Part shown: in pieces, positions 1-7,983 of the stretch
How positions within the stretch are numbered: the first letter of the stretch is position 1
Layout: each line of letters opens with the position of its first letter
Source of the DNA: a bacterium
Lineage (GTDB): Bacteria; Patescibacteriota; Minisyncoccia; UBA6257; JAGOQP01
NCBI GenBank assembly: GCA_021814695.1
Contig: JAKAHY010000006.1
Coordinates: forward strand, 49 to 64,048
Length of the DNA: 64,000 nt
Direction: 5' to 3'
Notes under the pieces: generated by a model
Told to the model about the DNA's origin: nothing
Database searches by the model: none
The model's input: only the letters and a program-made list of their open reading frames with translations
Made by a program: the position numbers and the translations under genes

Positions 1-707
1 GCAAAGATACGGTATTTATATTGACCTCAATACAAAACTCCCCTTATCAGCCAATTATAAGGGGAGTTTTCTCATGAAAAATGCCCTCAGCGCCATTTTT
101 CATCAGCTTGCGATATTTCCGCCACATACCCAATCTTTGCGTCCGGCAGCCCAAAAAATCGACCCCTCACAAGCCATAAAATGGGTACTCGGTTTTTGGG
201 CTTATGCTTTTAGCAACTCAATATACATCAAAAGGATAAAATTTATTTGTGACTACTTGTGCGCAATCCTATATTGGATCGCTCACATCACTCAAATTCC
301 ACCTTGACAGACGACGATAGAAATAATTATACGTCCTCTATCAAGGTAGATTTGATATCGTACTAATAGAAATCTATACGTACGATATATGTTAGTAGGC
401 ATAACGTCTCTTCTCTCCACATTGTACGGGCTGGGGCGTACACGCCCCAGCCCTTGATAAAACAAGCACGCCTGTGCTTGTTCAACAAAAATTCAAGAGA
501 AAATTCTGTTTGATGATAATCGTAGCAAATAGAGTCTGAGTGGTAATGAATGCCGGAAATATAGGTTCCAGTTCTCTTTCTTTAGGGGAAGGAGCCTCGT
601 CGCAGCGCCTTCGGCGCCGCTCCTCGTACAAGATGGAATATGGGGGTACGGAGACGAATTATTTGTTTTTACTCCCATAATTTTTTGTTATATACTGTCT
701 GTGTCGT

Positions 708-825
708 CCCACAATTCAATCTCTTCAAAGGGTTTATTTTTACCGCAGTCCAATCGCGAGCAGTAAGGGGCAACTCGAAACCGCTCACGATTGGAACCCT
801 TTGAGCTAACAATTGTGGGACGACC
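708..825. promoter_or_regulatory. Nested imperfect inverted repeat (tcccacaattcaatctcttcaaagggtt ... aaccctttgagctaacaattgtggga, with inner ccaatcgcgagc...gctcacgattgg) upstream of the nuclease gene
   Basis: Palindromic arms read directly in the sequence; they lie in the 5' region of ORF 791..1330. Confidence 0.4.
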
Positions 826-853
826 GGGAGTAGGGTTGTCCCTTTTTGTTACT

Positions 854-1330
854 ATGATTTCTCCAAATAATCTTATAAAAGGTAGGATCGCTGAAAATAT
901 TGTGAGCGAAATGCTTCAAGAGGCGGGGTATTTTGTGTATCGTTTCGGATATGAAGGAGTTCTTCAGAGTCTTACACAGAAGGGGCTACCCAAAATGAAG
1001 CTAAATACTATTCCAGCTCAAAAAATAAGAACAATGCCAGATTTTATTGTTATGGATAAAGAAGGGAACGTTTTCTTTGTTGAGGTCAAATTCAGAAGCA
1101 ACGGAGAAAAAGACCCAATTTTCAAAGAGTGGCTAAAAAGGGCCGTGCGATATTGGCCAGAAGCTAAACTTCTGCTAGTTCATTTACATGAGCCGTATTT
1201 TCAAATCTCCACAATCTTGGATTATATGAAGTGTAATAAACTTTATCCTTTGGATCGTGACCGTTTTCTGTCAGTTGACAAGCAGTTTTTAGTGAAATAT
1301 TCCAAGCTTATCGGCAAATATATGTCTTAA
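854..1330 (+). CDS. Hjc/Holliday-junction-resolvase-like PD-(D/E)xK nuclease (ORF 791 start probably too early, MISPNN start preferred)
   Basis: KGRIAENIVSEMLQEAGY N-terminal motif and PDFIVMDKEGNVFFVEVKF (PD...E-V-K) catalytic signature. Confidence 0.55.
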   Translation: MISPNNLIKGRIAENIVSEMLQEAGYFVYRFGYEGVLQSLTQKGLPKMKLNTIPAQKIRTMPDFIVMDKEGNVFFVEVKFRSNGEKDPIFKEWLKRAVRYWPEAKLLLVHLHEPYFQISTILDYMKCNKLYPLDRDRFLSVDKQFLVKYSKLIGKYMS

Positions 1331-1901
1331 ACATCCTGCAAAGTTATTCACTCTGTCCAGTTGACATATTATACGAAAGGTATAACATGTAAGAGTCAGC
1401 ACATTGACACCGGTTAAAATCAAGTGGTTATTTATCCGTTTATTTAAGACGCTAAAACGTCTGAACTCCCCTTTATGTGTGGAAGGGAACAGTTCATGCA
1501 CCGGGCATGTATCTTCTTGTCCCATAGACTTTCTGTAGACGATCTAGGTCATATAAGCCGACTGGCTATGAGACTTAGTTTGCAGATAGCTGGTCCATAG
1601 AGATTGTGCACGATACAAGTGGTTATTTAACACCATTCTCGTGGTCGTTAAATTCCTGCGTAATGCTATTTTCGGAATCAATGACCACGGAGAAATGGCG
1701 GGTAACCACAATTTATTATTAAAGTCGTAAGTTTCCCTTACAACATATATGACAAATTCAATTACCACGTTTCGTTTCGGTTTTAGCTGGAGCATTACGC
1801 TTGTGGGGGCGATGAAAAATGTTAATTCGAATTTTACGAATAATCTACAAGATTCTTCGTATATTGTTCGACATCATCGAGTAGTCGCCCACTAACCTCA
1901 C

Positions 1902-2249
1902 ATGCATACATTCACAGAATTATTAAAAAATATTAGGGAAGAAGGAGAGCTAACACAAGAAGAATTGGCGCGTGCAATAGGCGTTTCCACAATCTTAATA
2001 TCCATGGTTGAGAGTGGCCAAAAAGATGTGTCGAAAAATCTTGTAGTAAGGCTTGCGAAAGGACTCGACGTTCATCCCAGCTCAATCGCTCCCTTTGCAT
2101 TCATCGATAAGAGCTCCGAATTGAAAAAGACCACTGGCATAGAAAAAACGCTGGTGTCTTTGGGTGAAAGATTACAAGATCATTTAATCATGATCAAGTC
2201 AAAGAGATTAAAAAAATATGTTTCGCGCCCAGAGATATCCGCGAATTAA
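1902..2249 (+). CDS. HTH XRE-family transcriptional regulator
   Basis: LTQEELARAIGVSTILISMVESGQKDVS helix-turn-helix; overlaps the downstream RT gene by 32 nt (operon). Confidence 0.7.
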   Translation: MHTFTELLKNIREEGELTQEELARAIGVSTILISMVESGQKDVSKNLVVRLAKGLDVHPSSIAPFAFIDKSSELKKTTGIEKTLVSLGERLQDHLIMIKSKRLKKYVSRPEISAN

Positions 2250-3189
2250 TATAAGGAGCAAGAATGAATTAGGGAAGCGCATTTCACCGAACAAACTACA
2301 ATTTCCTAAAACTCTCCAACTCATCAATGATGCATTGTCTAATTTTGATAAACAGTGGTACGACAGTGAACGCTCTGAGCCAGAGAAGGGAAAGTTTGTG
2401 CGAAGCGCTGTGGGAACTTCTCTTGGAAAATTACTTAAGCTTATAGACAGAAAGATTCTTGCTCCATACGATAGCTTAATACCGGATTTTATCTTTGGTG
2501 GTTTGTCTGGAAAAAGTCATATTCAGGCTGGCAGTTATTTATTGGGAAATAGACGCGAGAGAACATTGCTACGCCTAGATGTCTTTAGATTCTTTGAACA
2601 GATCCGGGAGCAAAGAGTTTTCAATTTCTTTTATGCGAAGTGCGGATGTAGTCAAAAAGCTGCTCGATTGATTTCTGGCCTTTGTTGCGTACCTTTGGGC
2701 CAAAAAGGATCTGGGTGTACTCAAAAAAGTTTGGCTCGTGGTTTTGCTACGTCGCCACGTCTCTCTATATGGTGCAACTTGGATATATTTTTAAGGTTGA
2801 GTTGGATGGTAAAGAAACAACTTCGTAACCATGATCCCAAAATTGCTGTTTATATTGATGATATCGGCATTACAGCTAGCCGGGTAAAAAAAGAACAAAT
2901 TGAAAAAGTGGCGCTACTCGCAGTGAAGATACTCACTGATTTTGATAGCAACCAATCACTCCCGATCAATCCTGAGAAAAAGGAAATTCTATCTGGTGCT
3001 GGCAAGATGAAACATCTCGGACTGAAATTGGGTAGAAATAAACTATCTATTGGAAATAAGGCGTTTTCTAAACTATTAGAAGTTAGACGTAAGTTAAAAA
3101 GCTCAGTATCGAAACGAGAGAGGTCGCGGCTAGTAAAGAAATACAAATCATACAAGAAATATAAACACCAGGTTATGAGGGCCAAATAG
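2218..3189 (+). CDS. Small (323 aa) retron/Abi-like reverse transcriptase with basic C-terminal tail
   Basis: RT motifs FGGLSGKS (1), LRLDVFRFFEQI (A), VFNFF...LISGLC (retron-like spacer, cf. Ec86 VFNLF...LTELC), ATSPRLSIWCNLDI (B), VYIDDIGI (C, YxDD), HLGLKLG (E); no maturase or endonuclease domain. Confidence 0.75.
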   Translation: MFRAQRYPRINIRSKNELGKRISPNKLQFPKTLQLINDALSNFDKQWYDSERSEPEKGKFVRSAVGTSLGKLLKLIDRKILAPYDSLIPDFIFGGLSGKSHIQAGSYLLGNRRERTLLRLDVFRFFEQIREQRVFNFFYAKCGCSQKAARLISGLCCVPLGQKGSGCTQKSLARGFATSPRLSIWCNLDIFLRLSWMVKKQLRNHDPKIAVYIDDIGITASRVKKEQIEKVALLAVKILTDFDSNQSLPINPEKKEILSGAGKMKHLGLKLGRNKLSIGNKAFSKLLEVRRKLKSSVSKRERSRLVKKYKSYKKYKHQVMRAK

Positions 3190-3246
3190 CCAATACTTCA
3201 TCACTACATATTATAATATTAATAAAAATAATTAGGATTATTGCTT

Positions 3247-4158
3247 ATGGCAAATAGTCATGATGCGAAATGGAAAAAGTTTGAGAAGGTTGTATATGAT
3301 ATACAAAAAGAATTAGCTCCTGATTCTGAAGTTAAGCTAGATGACGCTATCACAGGAGAAGACTCTAAGGTATCTCGCCAAATTGATATCAGCATCCGCC
3401 GCAATATAGGACAATACTCAATTCTGATTGTTATCGATTGTAAGGACTATGGTGTGCCGATCGACGTAAAAGATCTTGGTGAATTTGCTACTCTAGTCAA
3501 AGACGTAAGAGCTCACAAGGGCGCAATGATTTCTAGCAAGGGTTTTACGCCAGCCGCAGTAAGCTTGGCAAAAGCTCGTGGCATTGACACATTCACATTG
3601 ATAGATACTGAAAGCGTTGATTGGAAGGCATATGCCACAATTCCTGTATTATTGAGGAGTACTAATCTAAAAAGTTTTAGAGTAATATACAAAAACTTCC
3701 AAATTCTTCCTAGGGAGATTGTAGTCGCCGACCACAAGAAGCTGAAATTATATTCTCAGCAGCAAAAATTTATAGGCACCATTGGACGCTTAGTGCTTGA
3801 TAAATGGAATAATAAAGAAATAGAACATGCGTCTGGAGAGCACGAGGTTTTATTATCGGAAAATATTATGTTGGAAATAAATAGTCAGAAGTTTGGGCCG
3901 TTAGATGTAGCTGCTGTTGTATTGGTAGAGGAACACACTTATTTTAGCGATCTCCCGGTACACCTGAAAGGTTTTCATGATGCGCAAAAAGGTGGTGTAA
4001 TTACTAAATCGTTCGAAACGGACAAAATTTGGCCGGCAAAGATAGAGCAGGGATTAGTAGAGGGTTGGAGAGAGCTTAAGAATCCTACCGAACTATCGAT
4101 ACAACCACTTTTAGAATTCTATGTGTATGATTCCTATCCTAAAGAGGAGGTGGAGTAA
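3247..4158 (+). CDS. Mrr-like (restriction endonuclease, PD-(D/E)xK) N-terminal domain protein with unknown C-terminal domain; putative effector of the RT system
   Basis: ILIVIDCKDYGVPIDVKDLGEFATLVKDVRAHKGAMISSKGFTPAAVSLAKARGIDTFTLID matches the Mrr_cat pattern (QCK...V...F.G....KG.F.T.S.FT..A...A...I.LIDG). Confidence 0.65.
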   Translation: MANSHDAKWKKFEKVVYDIQKELAPDSEVKLDDAITGEDSKVSRQIDISIRRNIGQYSILIVIDCKDYGVPIDVKDLGEFATLVKDVRAHKGAMISSKGFTPAAVSLAKARGIDTFTLIDTESVDWKAYATIPVLLRSTNLKSFRVIYKNFQILPREIVVADHKKLKLYSQQQKFIGTIGRLVLDKWNNKEIEHASGEHEVLLSENIMLEINSQKFGPLDVAAVVLVEEHTYFSDLPVHLKGFHDAQKGGVITKSFETDKIWPAKIEQGLVEGWRELKNPTELSIQPLLEFYVYDSYPKEEVE

Positions 4159-4240
4159 AAAATGTAGATTATACTTTATAAATATGCTACGAAGGCATTA
4201 ATTTTCTTACCAACCCAACCATTTTTTGTAACAATTTTAT

Positions 4241-4723
4241 ATGAAATCAAACAATGATTTGGTAAAAGATATCAGAGATAAAATAGTATTCGTAACTGCA
4301 ATTGCAATTTTCTTTTTACCCTTCATGTATTCTGCATTCAGAGCTGTAGAAATGAATGATGCTAAATCGAATAGTGAGGTGCTTCCTTGGGGAGTCGGAA
4401 TTGCTTTTTATATACTCATTTACTTTTTTGTAGGTATGGTAAATGAAAAAACAAACACCCGCTGGCTCGATTGGATTAGGGGATTCATTGTTGCTGGCAC
4501 AATTGCCTTTGTTATACCCATATTTTGCGAAGCTCTCTACTATAACAAGCCACTTCCGGCATACATATATTGGCCCTTTTTGATTTCGATTGGAGCAATG
4601 GCATTATTGCCGCTCTTAACATTTATCTTGGTGCTAGGCTGTCTCTATTTGGAAATAATCCGCAATATTGTCTTAATAATGATTAAGAAAATTAAACACA
4701 AGAAAACAATCAGATTGCAGTAG
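4241..4723 (+). CDS. Small polytopic membrane protein, unknown function
   Basis: 4-5 hydrophobic helices; follows the RT/Mrr pair. Confidence 0.5.
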   Translation: MKSNNDLVKDIRDKIVFVTAIAIFFLPFMYSAFRAVEMNDAKSNSEVLPWGVGIAFYILIYFFVGMVNEKTNTRWLDWIRGFIVAGTIAFVIPIFCEALYYNKPLPAYIYWPFLISIGAMALLPLLTFILVLGCLYLEIIRNIVLIMIKKIKHKKTIRLQ

Positions 4724-4902
4724 GTTGTTATAGGATTGAGACTTTGCATCTACCTGCGTGTTGCGTCCTTTTCATCAAAATAGGTTCTAATCTGTTCCAA
4801 TCCCTTCCGCAGTAAGAACTTTTTATCGGGAGACCCGAGTGATATCGACAAAGATGTGGTCTGTTCGCCTAAGCATTTCAAAAATATCTAAACACTTAGA
4901 AA

Positions 4903-5646
4903 ATGGAATTCAATCAAAACAACAACATTGTTAGACTTTGTCTTCGGGGGATAGGCATGGAACAGAAAGATAAACCAGAAGAAGCAAGCAGATTGTTTCT
5001 TCAGGCCTGGGATGAAGCGACAAACGATTTTGAAAAATTTATTTCAGCTAATTATATAGCCCGACATCAGAAAAATGCTTCCGACAAATTACAATGGCTC
5101 GAAACGGATTTACGGCTTGCATTAAAAATCAACGACGACACAGTAAAGAGTGCTTTTCCTCCTCTCTATTTAAATATCGCCAAATGCTATGAGGAGTTGG
5201 GCAATTTTGATAGAGCGAAAGAGAATTATGCATTGGCAACTTCGTTTAAGGACGAGCCCACAGATAAAGGCCCTTTTTATCACGGGACGAAAGCGGACTT
5301 GAAAGTTGGAGATTTGCTGGCGGCAGGAGGCGATTCTAATTACAAATCCGAAATCAAAATGAACCATATTTATTTTACCGCTCTTGTTCATGGGGCGGGA
5401 CTAGCCGCTTCGTTGGCAAAAGGCGATGGACGAGAACGTGTTTATATCGTTGAGCCAACAGGAGGTTTTGAAAATGATCCTAACGTTACAAACAACTACT
5501 TTCCCGGCAATCCGACGCGCTCGTATCGCTCTCAAGCGCCATTGAAAATCGTCGGCGAAGTAACCAATTGGATGAAAATTACACCCGAGGAACTCCAAAA
5601 ATGGCGGGAAAAGTTAGCTAACAATAAAGGAGAAATTATAAATTAA
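4903..5646 (+). CDS. TPR-like N-terminal domain fused to Arr-family (rifampin ADP-ribosyltransferase-like) domain
   Basis: C-terminal half FYHGTKADLKVGDLL...SNY...HIYFTA...RVYIVEPTGGFENDPNVTNNYFPGNPTRSYRSQAPLKIVGEV is near-collinear with Arr-2 (FYHGTKA..GDLL, IVEPTGPFEDDPNLT, FPGNPTQSYR, PLRIVG). Confidence 0.7.
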   Translation: MEFNQNNNIVRLCLRGIGMEQKDKPEEASRLFLQAWDEATNDFEKFISANYIARHQKNASDKLQWLETDLRLALKINDDTVKSAFPPLYLNIAKCYEELGNFDRAKENYALATSFKDEPTDKGPFYHGTKADLKVGDLLAAGGDSNYKSEIKMNHIYFTALVHGAGLAASLAKGDGRERVYIVEPTGGFENDPNVTNNYFPGNPTRSYRSQAPLKIVGEVTNWMKITPEELQKWREKLANNKGEIIN

Positions 5647-5693
5647 TTTTTGAAATGCCATTGACCGAATCAGGATTCTAACCGAGATTTGAA

Positions 5694-5725
5694 ACAAAAA
5701 TCCGCAAATAGCGGAATTTTTGTTT
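5694..5725. terminator. Bidirectional hairpin between convergent genes
   Basis: caaaaatccgcaaatagcggaatttttg. Confidence 0.4.
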
Positions 5726-5824
5726 ACCAGATAAAAGGAATCAGCGCTTTGGTCCTTTTTTTATATTCCGGATAAGCGTCGGGGAATTGTTCGGTCATTA
5801 TTTTTTCTTCAGCGGGTATTCTTA

Positions 5825-6304
5825 TTAAAAAAATACAGTAGCAATCAAAAATAATATAAACCAGGGAACTCCAATAACCAGAGCTGTTCCAAAAGCCCCC
5901 AAAATCATTCCGGTATAAATCGGATGCCGGACGTATCGGTATGGACCGGAAGTTACCAGTTCGTGATCAATCTTGTGTGTCGGATAATTGCTCCAGTTTC
6001 TGCCCAAATGAATTCTGGACCAAACCGAAAATCCGAGTCCGGCAATAACTAAAATTACTCCGAATATTTCTATATATGTTATTTCACGCGAGGTGAATGA
6101 TTTTACCGCTTGTCCAAAAGACAACTTAGCTTTATCGTTAAATTCCAAAAGAGCAATTACTAAAATCGCGATAATTACTCGTATCCACCACCAATTTTTC
6201 CAGCTTGATTTATCGGCATTCTTTTTAACGTTAAAAGCGGATACCAACCAGAAGATAAGCCAAGCCAGCCACAGGATTCCGACTATCGGACCTAATATTT
6301 TCAT
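5825..6304 (-). CDS. Isoprenylcysteine carboxyl methyltransferase (ICMT)/phospholipid methyltransferase family membrane protein
   Basis: HELVTSGPYRYVRHPIYTG motif, multiple TM helices. Confidence 0.75.
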   Translation of the reverse strand: MKILGPIVGILWLAWLIFWLVSAFNVKKNADKSSWKNWWWIRVIIAILVIALLEFNDKAKLSFGQAVKSFTSREITYIEIFGVILVIAGLGFSVWSRIHLGRNWSNYPTHKIDHELVTSGPYRYVRHPIYTGMILGAFGTALVIGVPWFILFLIATVFF

Positions 6305-6319
6305 AAATGTAATATATTT

Positions 6320-6670
6320 TTAAGCCACGCGGACAACAATAATCAGCGTTCCTATAACCACAAGCCCGAGCCACACTTTTGCGGCATATTTATCGAGGGT
6401 GTCTCCGCCTATCCACTGGAAAAGAGTTTTGTCGTCTCCATAGCGCTGATGGACCGCATTCAATGGGCATTCTCCCTTACTGAACAGAAGAATAATTCCT
6501 TCAACTCCGTGAGCGGTGATCGCCAGCCATGTCCAGAAGGTGGCTATTCCAAACAGCGCGGAATACCAGATGTAAGAAACGGCGGTAGTATAAAAAACTC
6601 CGATTACGGCATGGAGGGCCCTGAGTTTGTAAAACATCGGATGATTATTTTTGTCTTCATTCATATTCAC
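6320..6670 (-). CDS. Small membrane protein (DUF2784-like)
   Basis: Hydrophobic helices, conserved ECPLN motif. Confidence 0.45.
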   Translation of the reverse strand: MNMNEDKNNHPMFYKLRALHAVIGVFYTTAVSYIWYSALFGIATFWTWLAITAHGVEGIILLFSKGECPLNAVHQRYGDDKTLFQWIGGDTLDKYAAKVWLGLVVIGTLIIVVRVA

Positions 6671-6753
6671 AATTATAACTCTATTTTAAAAAAAGTTATA
6701 TTTGTCCCGATATTAATTATGGTGTGGTAATATAAATCAAAACCTATCAGTTT

Positions 6754-7518
6754 ATGTCCGACAACCAAGAATATTTCAATCAAATAAAGCAGGAGTGCAT
6801 CAACGAATGTAAAACACATTCTCTTAAGGAAGTAGCCGAAGGAATGTTTGCCACAGAAGAAGTGGCCGATTTATTTTTGAAACAGGAAAAAGAAGATGAG
6901 GCGTATTCTTTTATTATTGATTTGATCGGCAAATATTTTACCAGAGAGGCAGGGGGTAAGATATATATTCCCGGAAGCGGAACGGGAGGATTAGCGAGAA
7001 GAATTATGGATGATTATCCCAAGATGACGGTTATCCAGATTGATAGTAGCCCAAAGATGAGTGAGGCCAATAAAAAAGCATCTAAAAATTATAAGAACAC
7101 CGATATTTTGCAGGGCGACATCCTTAATTTAAAGCAAAGTCCCAAATCCGTAAGTGCCATAATTTCCTACGGAGTAATGCGATATATTCCGGAAGATAAA
7201 AGAAATAATTTAGTGTCTTCGTGGGCCTTAGCTCTGGTAAAAAATGGGATAGTTATAGTAGGCGAGGGAATAGCAAAAGACGTTATCGATGGGATAAGCT
7301 CTCAGGGATATGCTTCCGAGAAACTCTTTGAAAGAGACGCCAAACTTTTCAGAAATTCTTTATTTTATACGTTATTAAAACGTTATCATTCGGACAATAA
7401 ATTCAGAGGCATCGTGAATGGTGAAGCGTCTGATAATAACCTGAGTTTTGCGGATGTTTTAAATAAAATAGCCGGATATGCTCATGGAAAAATTTATGTG
7501 AAGGTTTTACAAAAGTGA
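6754..7518 (+). CDS. Class I SAM-dependent methyltransferase
   Basis: IYIPGSGTGGLARRIMDDYPKMTVIQIDSSPKM (motif I and post-I). Confidence 0.65.
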   Translation: MSDNQEYFNQIKQECINECKTHSLKEVAEGMFATEEVADLFLKQEKEDEAYSFIIDLIGKYFTREAGGKIYIPGSGTGGLARRIMDDYPKMTVIQIDSSPKMSEANKKASKNYKNTDILQGDILNLKQSPKSVSAIISYGVMRYIPEDKRNNLVSSWALALVKNGIVIVGEGIAKDVIDGISSQGYASEKLFERDAKLFRNSLFYTLLKRYHSDNKFRGIVNGEASDNNLSFADVLNKIAGYAHGKIYVKVLQK

Positions 7519-7983
7519 CCGTCGTCTTTAGTCGGAATTTTGAAACGGTAAAATTCGCCCGAAAAAAAGGGACGCCGGATGGCGCCCTGAGTGGGAGAGT
7601 GTTCGAGTGCTGATTCGACTTGTTTCGCCTCGGCCGTCGCCTTGCTCTAGAGGATGATCACCTTCTTCATTTCTTGCCTCCTTTCCAGGCCCGAACAAGT
7701 GCTCGCGTCCGCCGTACGCGGTCGCCTATTCATATTAATACAATCGATATTTATTTTCAATAAAAAAAGAGAGACGGCCACGTGGGACGTCTCGGTGTAC
7801 TGGGATGGGGCAAAGCCCCGAAAAACGAAACAAGGTGCTGTATATTCGAGAAAGCTCTCGATTGCAGCGCATGGACTAGCCTAAGCGCTTCATAAATCTA
7901 GTATAGCACATATTTTGATTTTGCTGTGGATAACTCGGAGAGGTTGCCAGACCTCGGATTTTCTGATATTCTAAGAACCAATT

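Noticed and set aside
1289-1795. Minus-strand ORFs 1289..1525 and 1544..1795 inside the 570-bp intergenic region
   Set aside because: No RBS, odd composition and no recognisable domains. The region is better explained as noncoding or structured RNA.
7590-7640. gctgattcgac motif reminiscent of the tmRNA 5' end (GCUGAUUCUGGAUUCGAC)
   Set aside because: No tRNA-like T-arm/acceptor (GGTTCGAnTCC...CCA) and no tag-peptide reading frame ending in AA-stop could be found on either strand. The similarity is too short to count.
7835-7850. ggtgctgt resembling the SRP RNA domain IV start
   Set aside because: The conserved downstream GGAAGGAAGCAGCC helix 8 sequence is absent.
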